This document shows, piece by piece, positions 21,936 to 30,871 of a DNA stretch of 64,000 nt (positions within the stretch are counted from its first letter, which is position 1; each line of letters starts with the position of its first letter). The notes below the pieces were generated by a model that was not told the DNA's origin, ran no database searches, and was given only the letters and a program-made list of their open reading frames with translations. Source of the stretch: an uncultured delta proteobacterium (lineage in GTDB: Bacteria; Desulfobacterota; Binatia; JACPRU01); NCBI GenBank assembly GCA_963745025.1, contig CAVUWD010000019.1, positions 128,001 through 192,000 of the forward strand. The letters are read 5' to 3'. The position numbers and the translations under genes were made by a program.

Positions 21936-23114
21936 ATGCAGCGAGCGAAGCGATTGACGCGATGGAAGATCCTGTCGGCGGCTCTCGTCGCCCTCGCAGC
22001 CGGCGCGATCTCCCTGTCCGGCTGCTCGGTGGGCTACGTGGCGCGTGCCGCCTACGAGGAGGCGCGCATTCTGTGGAAGCGCGAGCCGATCGAGACCGTG
22101 ATCGCGCGGCCGGACACTTCTCCGGCGGTGAAGCGCAAGCTAGAGCTCGTGCTCGACGTGCGCGAGTTCGCCGCCGAGCGCGTCGGGTTCCGCGTCGGCG
22201 GCAGCTTCCGCTCGATCTCGCCCATCGACGGGGGGGCGGTCGTCCAGCTGCTGACCGCCGCCCCACGTGACCGGCTCGAGGCTTACACCTGGTGGTTTCC
22301 GATCGTCGGACGCGTGCCCTACAAGGGCTTCTTCTCGAAGCAGGCCGCGCTGGCGACCGCCGCACAGCTCGAGAGAGACGGCTACGACACCTACGTGCGG
22401 CCCGCGATCGCCTTCTCGACCCTCGGCTGGTTCGACGATCCGCTGCCCTCTCCGCTGCTCAACCATGATGAGATCGCGCTCGCGCAGGTGATCTTCCACG
22501 AGCTCCTCCACAACACCCTGTTCCTGGCTGGAGAGACGGCGTTCGACGAATCGGCGGCGACCTTTGCCGGGTACCGCGCCGCGATCGAGTTCTTCTGCGA
22601 CGGTGAGCGCTCGGTGAGCGAGCAGTGCCGCGGGGCGACCGCCGACTGGCAGGATACGCTCACGATCTCGGCGTTCTTCGCGGCGAGCGTCGCGCGCCTC
22701 GAGAAATTCTACGAAGCCAAGCCGACCGGCGCGGCTCTCGAGGAAGGGCGCCAGCGAGCGTTTGCCGAGATCCGGGAACAATTCAGGGCGCTGAAGCTCC
22801 ATCCGGGCCGCCACGCGGACTTCGCCGCCGGACCCATCAACAACGCGAGCCTGCTCCAGGAGCAGATCTACCTGAGCGATCTAGCCCTCTTCGAGCAGCT
22901 CTACCGAGGTGAGGGCAATCTCCGCGCGACCGTGAAGCTCATCGAGACCGCGGTCGACAAAGGCGGGAACCCGTTCGACCGAGTGCGGGAGGCCCTCGAG
23001 GCCAATACGCGGGCGGTCGCTGCGGCTCGCGCTAGGAGGGTGCGTCACGGATCGCGCCCGACGGGCGCGATCAAAGGGGATGCAACATCCTACCGCGCTA
23101 GCGCCCGCCCGTAG
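21936..23114 (+). CDS. Putative zinc aminopeptidase lipoprotein (DUF2265/Aminopep family)
   Basis: Lipobox-like LSGC, WWFPIVGRVPYKGFF, FSTLGWFDDP, IFHELLH...FDES and INNA. Confidence 0.85.
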   Translation: MQRAKRLTRWKILSAALVALAAGAISLSGCSVGYVARAAYEEARILWKREPIETVIARPDTSPAVKRKLELVLDVREFAAERVGFRVGGSFRSISPIDGGAVVQLLTAAPRDRLEAYTWWFPIVGRVPYKGFFSKQAALATAAQLERDGYDTYVRPAIAFSTLGWFDDPLPSPLLNHDEIALAQVIFHELLHNTLFLAGETAFDESAATFAGYRAAIEFFCDGERSVSEQCRGATADWQDTLTISAFFAASVARLEKFYEAKPTGAALEEGRQRAFAEIREQFRALKLHPGRHADFAAGPINNASLLQEQIYLSDLALFEQLYRGEGNLRATVKLIETAVDKGGNPFDRVREALEANTRAVAAARARRVRHGSRPTGAIKGDATSYRASARP

Positions 23115-23619
23115 CGGCTTCGCCGGTCGGGGTCTCGCGCTTGTGGAGCGACAAACGCTCGTTTTCGAGCTGCGTGGCTTCCTTGTCGAGCTTCTGGAAC
23201 TCCGCGTCGTCACCGCGGTTCTTGGCGGCGAGCCGGACGCGGTAGACCTCGAAGAGCTTGGCGGTGATTTCGCGCTGGCGCGCTTGAGGATCGCTCGAGG
23301 CTGCGGAAGCGGCGCCGCGAGAGGGCTGCGCCGGGGAAGAGGACGATTGCAGCGCGGCGACCGCGGCCGGGGAGAGGTTCCTCTGCACGTCGGCGGGCAT
23401 CTCGCCGCTCACTTCGCGAATCGAGCGGACGGTTGCGCGATCCACCTCGATCGCGCCGAGGGGACGATAAACGACCAGCTTGTCGCCCTGATCCGTGTAG
23501 GACTCGCCCGCGATGTGCCGGCCGTTGTCGAGCTCGATGTCCACGTAAGCGGTCGCCAGCGCGGGCGCCAAGGCGCACGCCACCGTGGCGACTGCGAGCA
23601 CGGGAAACGGGGTTCGCAT
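23098..23619 (-). CDS. Hypothetical exported protein
   Basis: Signal peptide, beta-rich N-domain, Ser/Ala linker and C-terminal coiled coil. Translationally coupled to the pilX-like gene. Confidence 0.7.
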   Translation of the reverse strand: MRTPFPVLAVATVACALAPALATAYVDIELDNGRHIAGESYTDQGDKLVVYRPLGAIEVDRATVRSIREVSGEMPADVQRNLSPAAVAALQSSSSPAQPSRGAASAASSDPQARQREITAKLFEVYRVRLAAKNRGDDAEFQKLDKEATQLENERLSLHKRETPTGEAATGGR

Positions 23620-24821
23620 CAGTCACTCCAAGCCAGCACCGTCGCGTGTTGGGGAAGGACCTGACCCTGACCGGTCGGCAGGTTGTTGACCATCGACAAC
23701 GCCTGATTCGAGTAAAGCACCTGGGCGTTGCCTGCCACGGTGAGCTCGAGGTTGGTCGTCCAGATCGAACCGTAGATGAGCGCGTGCCCCGAGAGGTCGG
23801 TGTCGAAGTGAGTCGTGCCGCGCACGATGATCAGGCCGGTGAAATCCACGTCGCCGTTGATCGTCAATCCGCCATCGACGATCAGCACGCCCGCGCCCTG
23901 CATCGTGCCGTGCTGGCCGATCGTCAGGTCTCCCGTGTAGTGCGTGACCTTCGGGTCCGCCATCGTGCCAAAGGTGTCGTTGCCGTTGAGTTGCGGATCC
24001 GTCATCACGCAGGACGGCGAGGCGGTGGCGCAAGGGAGGTCCAGGATGTCGGGCACGATCTCATTTCGTACCCGGTCGACATCCGGTCCGACGCACGTCC
24101 CGACGCTCGGCATGTTCGGCCCGACCGGCGTACCCACCACGTTGTCGATGCCCGCGTTGCCGAGCTCGCTGACGATTCCGTTCGCGTCGGCCTGGGTGCG
24201 AGTGCTGATCCCGAGGGTGGGTGCGCTACCGCCGACAGCAGGCTGTCCGGTGGTGGGATCGTAGTCGGTGCCATCCACCATGAAGGAGTTGCCGTTGAAC
24301 GTCGAGTCGATCGGGGTGTTCGGCAGATCGACGGCGCCGCAGGTGAAGGGCCCGATCAGCCCGAGGTGAGCCTTCAGAGTGCGCTGCGATTCGCCGGGCG
24401 CTTGCCCAGCCGACGCGAGCAGCATTTTCTTGCTGCTGTTCGTGCCGCCGGGATCGCGATTGGGATCGGACGACGGAGTGATCGTATAGCGGATGTCGGA
24501 GTTCGCGGGCATCGTGAACGTTGGCGTCGACCAGCCGGAGAACGTCGTCCAGTTGTAGACGCCCGTGTTCGAGCTCGCATCGCCAAAGGTGGTGACGCCG
24601 CCGTTGGCGTTGATCACCCCGATCGCGTGCACGAGGCCCGACTCGGCCGCCTGCATCGCCTGGATGCCCGTGCGGTAATTGTTCGACAGCGTCACGCCGA
24701 AGCTCGCCGCCGAGAGTCCGGCGATGCCGAGCGTGAGAATCGCCAACAGCACGAGGAGGGCGAAGACCATCGACGAACCTTGGTTTGCGCGAGGAGCGAA
24801 ACGGTGTGATGGTTTTTTCAT
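23619..24821 (-). CDS. pilX: PilX-like minor pilin
   Basis: NQG|SSMVFALLVLL (no Glu+5), QAMQAAESGL, G.G.LIVDG.L.ING...FTGLIIV.G repeats and C-terminal W. Confidence 0.8.
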   Translation of the reverse strand: MKKPSHRFAPRANQGSSMVFALLVLLAILTLGIAGLSAASFGVTLSNNYRTGIQAMQAAESGLVHAIGVINANGGVTTFGDASSNTGVYNWTTFSGWSTPTFTMPANSDIRYTITPSSDPNRDPGGTNSSKKMLLASAGQAPGESQRTLKAHLGLIGPFTCGAVDLPNTPIDSTFNGNSFMVDGTDYDPTTGQPAVGGSAPTLGISTRTQADANGIVSELGNAGIDNVVGTPVGPNMPSVGTCVGPDVDRVRNEIVPDILDLPCATASPSCVMTDPQLNGNDTFGTMADPKVTHYTGDLTIGQHGTMQGAGVLIVDGGLTINGDVDFTGLIIVRGTTHFDTDLSGHALIYGSIWTTNLELTVAGNAQVLYSNQALSMVNNLPTGQGQVLPQHATVLAWSD

Positions 24822-25465
24822 AGTTTTGCCAAAACGCGATTTCGCAGCGCCACTCGCGCCCCGAGGTTCACGTTGGTGATCGCGGTCGCGGCGCGAGCGG
24901 TTTGCACCTTGACCGTGACTTGGATGTTGGTCACGCCGTTACAGTCCGCGCTGGTGACCTCACTCGGGCTTCCCGACATCGCGGCCGCGGAGGCATCCTT
25001 GAAGTACTGAAGGGTGAGGCCCGCGGCGTTGCGAATCAGCAGCGTGTCGACGCCGTTGACGGTGCGCCAGATTCGCTTTCCGGCCGAATCGTAACGGTAG
25101 GTGATCGACTCGTTGGCATCGATCGTCCCATCGATGGGGCTTCCATTGGCACCATCCCAGGCGATCGTCAGTCGGCTCGTCTGCGCACCGCTGAGTCCCG
25201 CACCGCAGGTTCCCGTCTGCGGCCAGGTACCTGCCGGGTTGGCGCCCGCCATGCGAATCTCGTTGGCCATGAAATCGAGCGCGGCACGACTGCCCTCGAT
25301 GGCGTCGAGGCCCGCGGACTGATCCGTGAGCGAACGGAGCTGGCTGCGGAAGAAGAGGAAGCCCGCGGAACCCAGCACGAACGAGATCATCGTCGTCACC
25401 AGCAGCTCGACGAGGGTGAAACCAGCCGCGGCCGGATGCTTGCCCTTCACCTTCCTCATGCTCAT
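24818..25465 (-). CDS. pilW: PilW-like minor pilin
   Basis: G|FTLVELLV prepilin site, ALDFMANEIRMAG and C-terminal VALRN. Confidence 0.82.
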   Translation of the reverse strand: MSMRKVKGKHPAAAGFTLVELLVTTMISFVLGSAGFLFFRSQLRSLTDQSAGLDAIEGSRAALDFMANEIRMAGANPAGTWPQTGTCGAGLSGAQTSRLTIAWDGANGSPIDGTIDANESITYRYDSAGKRIWRTVNGVDTLLIRNAAGLTLQYFKDASAAAMSGSPSEVTSADCNGVTNIQVTVKVQTARAATAITNVNLGARVALRNRVLAKL

Positions 25466-25842
25466 TGGGGCACCAGCGTCACCAGCCGGACAGAGCCGGG
25501 CCCCGGACGGTCGGGCCACGAGACGGCGACGTCGACGCGACTGATTCCGGTGGTCGGCGAGTTCGCCGTCACCGTCCAGGTTCGGCTGAAGATTCCACCA
25601 CTCGTGCCGTCGGCGTTGAGTGGTCCGTCGCTGCCACTGGCCACGGTCGAGAGGGTACGGATCTGCTCGATCTTGTCTTCGGCGAGCGTGGTGGCGACCG
25701 ACTGGTTCCTGCTGAGATCGGCGACCTTGCGCGCACTGAGCAACGTAGGCGAGAGGCCGATCACGACGACGGCGAAGACCGCGATCGCCGCGAGAACCTC
25801 GATGAACGTGCCGCCGTGCTGCGAGCGCGCCGGCTTCATCAC
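25462..25842 (-). CDS. pilV: PilV-like minor pilin
   Basis: G|GTFIEVLAAIA, ATTLAEDKIEQIR and FSRTWTV..V.VSW. Confidence 0.8.
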   Translation of the reverse strand: MMKPARSQHGGTFIEVLAAIAVFAVVVIGLSPTLLSARKVADLSRNQSVATTLAEDKIEQIRTLSTVASGSDGPLNADGTSGGIFSRTWTVTANSPTTGISRVDVAVSWPDRPGPGSVRLVTLVPQ

Positions 25843-26318
25843 GAGATATCCACCGAGCCGATGAGCCCGACGAGGATGGTGCGGGTGTCTCCCCGTGCGT
25901 TCTGCAGCGTCACCGTGACCGCGTTGGCGACGGTGCCCTGGGGCGTGAACGTCAAGAGGATGTTGTCGGGTGACACCACCGTGACGCCACCGTCGAGGAC
26001 GAGCGGAGTGCCGATCGAAGTCACGGTGGCGAAGCCGTCGCGGCTTCCCTGCACGACGAGCGTAGTTCGATCCTCGCTCACGAACACCCTGGCTTGCTCG
26101 TTCCGCGTCACGGCCGTGCTGCGAGCAACCCGGATGGAGCCGACCGCGCCTCGCAGCCCGGCCGTCAAGCGGTGGCTGTTCAACGCGCTCGACATACCCG
26201 GGACCGTGACGGCGGCGAGCGTGCCGGCGATGCTGGCGGTCACCAGCGTTTCGAGAAGCGTGAATCCCCTTTGGGATTTTTTTGCTGAGGCCCGGCGAAC
26301 GCTTGCGCTGTAGTCCAT
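25839..26318 (-). CDS. fimT: FimT/FimU (GspH-like) minor pilin
   Basis: QRG|FTLLETLV, ARSTAVTRN and LTFTPQG. Confidence 0.82.
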   Translation of the reverse strand: MDYSASVRRASAKKSQRGFTLLETLVTASIAGTLAAVTVPGMSSALNSHRLTAGLRGAVGSIRVARSTAVTRNEQARVFVSEDRTTLVVQGSRDGFATVTSIGTPLVLDGGVTVVSPDNILLTFTPQGTVANAVTVTLQNARGDTRTILVGLIGSVDIS

Positions 26319-26330
26319 GGCAATCGGAAA

Positions 26331-26346
26331 AGCAGATCCTGTGCCA
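26331..26346 (-). promoter_or_regulatory. Sigma54 -24/-12 promoter of the minor-pilin operon
   Basis: Minus strand TGGCACAGGATCTGCT, which is GG-N10-GC with TGGCAC. Confidence 0.7.
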
Positions 26347-26660
26347 CAGTATGTGTCGAAAATTAGTTAAACTTTCCGTAGGTCGATGGTTTTTGCCCTC
26401 GCTATTGTAATGTGGAGTGGTACAAAATTGATCGCCAATCTATTGAAACTAAGATGGCAAAGTTCTGACAATTTGCCGTAACAACGACCATTTGTGTGCC
26501 AACTCAATGATGCTTCCAATGCTGTCAAAAAAATGGCGCAGAAAAACCAAGTTAAAACAGATAGTTGCTGCTTTTGCATATTTGGGTGAATGGCATTCAT
26601 CTTGAAGCGTATCGTCGAAGGGCGAAATTAAAGCCCGCAATTGCCAATCCCTGAAGGGAG
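26347..26660. promoter_or_regulatory. AT-rich divergent regulatory region with candidate enhancer sites
   Basis: Sharp GC drop. GGCAAA-N10-TTTGCC inverted repeat at ~26456-26477, TGTC-A-tract boxes, and near-sigma54 TGGCATTCATCTTGAA at 26591-26606 (+). Confidence 0.55.
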
Positions 26661-26666
26661 CTTTTG

Positions 26667-28361
26667 ATGTCGACCCTCGGCGGCCTCCTGATCAAAAAGT
26701 CCATCCTCACGTCGGACCAGCTGGCTCGAGCCAAGAACGACCAGCAACAGCAAGGTGGTCCGCTGGTGACGAGCCTTATCCGCCTCGGCTTGATCCGCGA
26801 CGACGACTTGTTGATGTGCCTCCATCAGGAATATCGATTGCCGATCCTCGATCTGCAATCGATCGAGCCGAGTCCCGAGGTGCTGCGGCTGATTCCTCCG
26901 GCGCTGGCCCAGAAGCATCACGTCCTGCCCATCAACCGCAGTGGCTCGATCATCACGCTCGCCGTGGCCGATCCCTCGCATCTCGCGGCGTTCAACGAGA
27001 TCAAGTTTCTGTCGGGCTGCGACGTCAAGGTAGTGCTCGCCCAGGCCGGCGCCATCGAGAGAGCGATCCAGAAGCACTACAGCCAGAGCGCGCGGGCCTA
27101 CGAGGAGGTGCTGGCCAAGCTCGAGGTGGAGAGGCTGGCCGACGTCGACGTGGATGTCGATGAGCTGCAGCGAGCGAGCGAGGACGCTCCCGTCGTCAAG
27201 CTCGTCTCGACGCTGATGTCGGACGCGATCGAGAAGCGCGCCAGCGACATCCACATCGAGCCGTACGAGGAAGACCTGCGCGTACGCTTCCGCATCGACG
27301 GCGTGCTGCACGAGATCATGCAGCCGCCCGTCCGCCTGCGGGCCGCGATCGCCTCGCGCATCAAGGTGATGGCGTCACTCGACATCGCCGAGCGGCGCTT
27401 ACCACAGGACGGCATGATTAAGATCAAGACCGCGGGCGGGAAGGAGATCAACTTCCGCGTGTCGGTGCTCCCGACCGTCTTCGGCGAGAAGGTCGTGCTC
27501 CGCCTGCTCGCCAGGGGAAGCCTGCAATACGACCTCAACAAGCTCGGCATGACCGAAGACGGCTACCAGGTCTTCCGCAAGATGATCTCCGAGCCGTCGG
27601 GAATGCTGCTGGTCACGGGACCGACGGGCAGCGGAAAGACGACGACCCTCTACTCGGCTCTCGCGGTGCTCAACAAGGAGGAGCGGAACATCTCGTCGGC
27701 GGAGGACCCCGTCGAGATTTACATGCGCGGGATCAATCAGGTGAAGATCAGCGAAGACATCGGCCTCACCTTCGCCGCGGTGCTCCGCTCGGTTCTGCGA
27801 CAGGATCCCGACGTGCTGATGATCGGCGAAATTCGCGACTTCGAGACCATCGAGATCGCGGTCAAGGCGGCGCTCACGGGACACCTCGTGCTGTCGACTC
27901 TGCACACCAACGACGCGCCATCGACGGTCGGCCGCATGCTCAACATGGGCGTCGACCCATTCCTGATCGCCGCGTCGTTGAACCTGATCGTCGCCCAGCG
28001 CTTGGCGCGGGTGATCTGCCAGCAGTGCAGGGCGATCGTGGAGGACTACCCGCGCGACGCGCTGCTCGAGGTCGGGTTCGGCGAAGAGGAGCTGTCGGAC
28101 CTGGTCCTCTATCGCGGCGCCGGCTGCGAAGAATGTTCGAACACCGGCTACCAGGGCCGGCTTGCGTTCTACGAGCTCCTGCCGATGACCGAGGAGATGC
28201 GGAGCCTGGTCATGGCACACGCAACGACCGACGAGCTTCGCAAGCGAGCGATCGCCGCGGGAATGACGACGCTGCGCGAGGGTGGGTTGCAGAAGGCACG
28301 CGAGGGCCTGACGACGGTTGAGGAGGTGCTGCGCGTCACCTCCTCGGAGGGCGCGAACTGA
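26667..28361 (+). CDS. pilB: Type IV pilus assembly ATPase
   Basis: MshEN-like N-terminus, ASDIHIEP, DIAERRLPQDG, GPTGSGKTT, EDPVE, RQDPD, TGHLVLSTLHTND and tetracysteine motif. Confidence 0.92.
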   Translation: MSTLGGLLIKKSILTSDQLARAKNDQQQQGGPLVTSLIRLGLIRDDDLLMCLHQEYRLPILDLQSIEPSPEVLRLIPPALAQKHHVLPINRSGSIITLAVADPSHLAAFNEIKFLSGCDVKVVLAQAGAIERAIQKHYSQSARAYEEVLAKLEVERLADVDVDVDELQRASEDAPVVKLVSTLMSDAIEKRASDIHIEPYEEDLRVRFRIDGVLHEIMQPPVRLRAAIASRIKVMASLDIAERRLPQDGMIKIKTAGGKEINFRVSVLPTVFGEKVVLRLLARGSLQYDLNKLGMTEDGYQVFRKMISEPSGMLLVTGPTGSGKTTTLYSALAVLNKEERNISSAEDPVEIYMRGINQVKISEDIGLTFAAVLRSVLRQDPDVLMIGEIRDFETIEIAVKAALTGHLVLSTLHTNDAPSTVGRMLNMGVDPFLIAASLNLIVAQRLARVICQQCRAIVEDYPRDALLEVGFGEEELSDLVLYRGAGCEECSNTGYQGRLAFYELLPMTEEMRSLVMAHATTDELRKRAIAAGMTTLREGGLQKAREGLTTVEEVLRVTSSEGAN

Positions 28362-28366
28362 AGAGA

Positions 28367-28419
28367 GGCTACCGGCTACCGGCAAAGACTTCACGGTGCC
28401 TTTGCGGTAGCCGCTAGCC
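28367..28419. repeat. HPR family 1, copy 4
   Basis: ggctacc ggctacc ggcaaag acttcacggtgc ctttgc ggtagcc gctagcc, between convergent genes. Confidence 0.85.
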
Positions 28420-28427
28420 GGCAGGCC

Positions 28428-30119
28428 CTACCGTCTCAGTTCCTCCAGCGCGCGGATTCCGCGCACCGTCGCGACTGCGAAGACCGCGAGATCGAAGGTG
28501 ACGACCGCCGCGAAGCTCGTGGCGATGCCGGCGACCTCGGCCGTCGACAGCGGCCGATGGACGAGCCGCGCGAAGAGAATCGCCCAGAGCGGCCAGGCCT
28601 CGAGCACGACGTTCAGGCCGATGAACAGGATCGCGAGGATCATGTAGACGACGCCGCCGAAGCTCGAAGGGATCTTCGCAGCGTTCTCGTACTCGAACTG
28701 CGGATAGAGGCTGCCGAGACAGAGCCCGAGCGCAGCGATGCCGAGCGTCATCAACGCCAGGGTCACGACCGAGACCACCATCGTCACGGTGCCGACGCCG
28801 AGCGCGCGATTGCCGAGCACCAGGAGCAGGATGCCGAGCGCCGCGAGCGGCCCGACGCCGCTCCAGAACTTGCTCCACCACACGCGGCGGAGCCGGATCG
28901 GCGCGCTCTCGACTAGCCAGAACGCCCGCCCCTCGAGACTAATGGACGGGTAGAGGAAGCGCACCGCCACGGAGGCCATCACGAACGACGCCAGTGCGAG
29001 ATTCAGAAAGGCGAGCGCGTGCTCGAGATAGAACTGTGCCATGAACGCGCCTGCACGGGGCAGCACGCGGAAGTTGTAGATGTAGACGACGACCAGCGCG
29101 CCGAGCAGGATGAGCTGCGACCACTGCGTGGTGTCGCGGAGGAACGTCTTCAGGTCCTTCAGCACGAGGGCGCGCGCGGGGGGCGAGATCGGCAGCCGCG
29201 CGAACAGTCGATCCCAGAGCGGGAGCCCGGTGACGCGGGCCCGGCGGCCCTCCTGCGAGTGCGACCAGCCGGTCGCGTAGACCCGCTCGGCGACGATCGA
29301 ACAGACGACGAACCCCGCCGCCGCGCTGGTCGCGAGCGCGAGGTATTGAAGCGCGGGATCCTGTCCGGGACGCGGCGCGATGAAGGGAAGGAGCGTGGCA
29401 ACGGCCCAGCTGCTCGGCAAATACGGAGACACCGGGGCCTGCACGGCTGCCAGAAACTGCAGGAAGTCCGCGAACGCTTCGGGCCGAACCAATCGCTCCG
29501 GCTGGAGGAATCGCAGGAACACGTAGAGAAGCGCCACCGCCGCCACGGAGAGCAGCAAGCAGACGTCTTTCGTGCTGCGTGCTGGAAACACGCGCACCAG
29601 CACCATGGTGATCGTGACGCCGATCGCGCACGGGAGCACGAGGAAGGGCGGAAGCACCGCGACCGTCGCGAGGTAGAAGGCAGCGCCGGCATGGTACACG
29701 ACCCCGTAGGCGAGAAAGATCGGCAAGCCGAATAGCACGATCATCCACGACGAATCCCAAAGTGTTTCCAGAAAACGGCCGGTGTGAAGCGCCCCCGCGG
29801 AGATCGGCGAAGCAAGGAGCAGGCCGAGATCGGCGGAGAGGTAGTAGGTGGAAAGCGCCGTGATGATGTTCGAGAACAGCAGGATCGAGAAGAACGACAG
29901 GAGGACCATCGCGAGCAGGCGTTCGGCGAGCACCGGCCCGAGCTCGGGAACACCCTGGAAGTAGGCGAGCACGCGGGCGAAGAACAGGAAGATCGCCGCC
30001 CAAAACACCAGGCCGAGCCCGAGGAGCAAGGCTCCGCGCCGCCGCTCCGAGCGCTCGGCGCGAATCCACTGCCCGCGGAGGGCGAGCCAGCGGGGGCGGA
30101 GAAGCGCGATGCCGGTCAT
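28428..30119 (-). CDS. Putative ABC-2 type permease subunit (multi-TM)
   Basis: Many hydrophobic segments from MTGIALL, with KDLKTFLRD..QW and SISLEG.AFW. Coupled to the ABC ATPase. Confidence 0.85.
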   Translation of the reverse strand: MTGIALLRPRWLALRGQWIRAERSERRRGALLLGLGLVFWAAIFLFFARVLAYFQGVPELGPVLAERLLAMVLLSFFSILLFSNIITALSTYYLSADLGLLLASPISAGALHTGRFLETLWDSSWMIVLFGLPIFLAYGVVYHAGAAFYLATVAVLPPFLVLPCAIGVTITMVLVRVFPARSTKDVCLLLSVAAVALLYVFLRFLQPERLVRPEAFADFLQFLAAVQAPVSPYLPSSWAVATLLPFIAPRPGQDPALQYLALATSAAAGFVVCSIVAERVYATGWSHSQEGRRARVTGLPLWDRLFARLPISPPARALVLKDLKTFLRDTTQWSQLILLGALVVVYIYNFRVLPRAGAFMAQFYLEHALAFLNLALASFVMASVAVRFLYPSISLEGRAFWLVESAPIRLRRVWWSKFWSGVGPLAALGILLLVLGNRALGVGTVTMVVSVVTLALMTLGIAALGLCLGSLYPQFEYENAAKIPSSFGGVVYMILAILFIGLNVVLEAWPLWAILFARLVHRPLSTAEVAGIATSFAAVVTFDLAVFAVATVRGIRALEELRR

Positions 30120-30871
30120 GCCCGCAGCGCCTCGATGACGTCGAGCAGATCTTCGGCGCCGGTGAGCTTCAAGAAGATCTCTTCGAGCCCGCGCGCGTCT
30201 CCGGCGCGCAGGCGTAGCTCGTCGAGCGTGCCGACCGCGGTCAGGCGTCCCGACTGGATGATGCCGATGCGGTCGCACAGCGCCTCGGCGACCTCCAGGC
30301 TGTGCGTCGAGAGAAACAGCGTCGTGCCCTTCAGGGCGAGCGAGCGAAGCAGCGAGCGCAGCACGCGTGCGCCGCGCGGATCCATGCCGACCATCGGCTC
30401 GTCGACGATCAGCAGCTGCGGCTCGTGCAGCAGCGCGGCGGCGAAGGCGAGCCGTTGTTTCATGCCGTGCGAGAAGCTCTCGATGAGCTCTCCCGCCCAC
30501 TCGCTGAGATCGAAGAGCGCGAGCAGCTTGTCGATCCGCTCTTCGCGGGCGCTCGGATTCACTTCGTAGAGATCGCCGCAAAACCGCAAGAGCTCGACGG
30601 CCGTCAGCTTCTCGTAGAGGAACGGGCGGTCCGGCACGAATCCGGCGAGGCGCTTGGCCTCGATGGGTTGCTCGGCGAGATCATAGCCGCCGAGCCGAAT
30701 CCGCCCGACGGTGGGCAGCAATAGCCCCATCATCATCCGGATCGTCGTCGTCTTGCCGGCGCCGTTCGGACCGAGGAAGCCGAAGATCTCTCCGCGCGAC
30801 ACTTCGAGGGACAGATCGTCGACGGCCGTGAACGCACCGTATCGCTTGGTGACCCGCTCGAGCTCGATCAT
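30116..30871 (-). CDS. ABC transporter ATP-binding protein
   Basis: MIELERV, GPNGAGKTT, FSHGMKQR and VDEP. Confidence 0.92.
   Translation of the reverse strand: MIELERVTKRYGAFTAVDDLSLEVSRGEIFGFLGPNGAGKTTTIRMMMGLLLPTVGRIRLGGYDLAEQPIEAKRLAGFVPDRPFLYEKLTAVELLRFCGDLYEVNPSAREERIDKLLALFDLSEWAGELIESFSHGMKQRLAFAAALLHEPQLLIVDEPMVGMDPRGARVLRSLLRSLALKGTTLFLSTHSLEVAEALCDRIGIIQSGRLTAVGTLDELRLRAGDARGLEEIFLKLTGAEDLLDVIEALRA

Noticed and set aside
26367-26640. Small ORFs in the AT-rich pilin/pilB spacer
   Set aside because: Codon usage is atypical, no recognisable motif is present, and the region is better explained as regulatory DNA.
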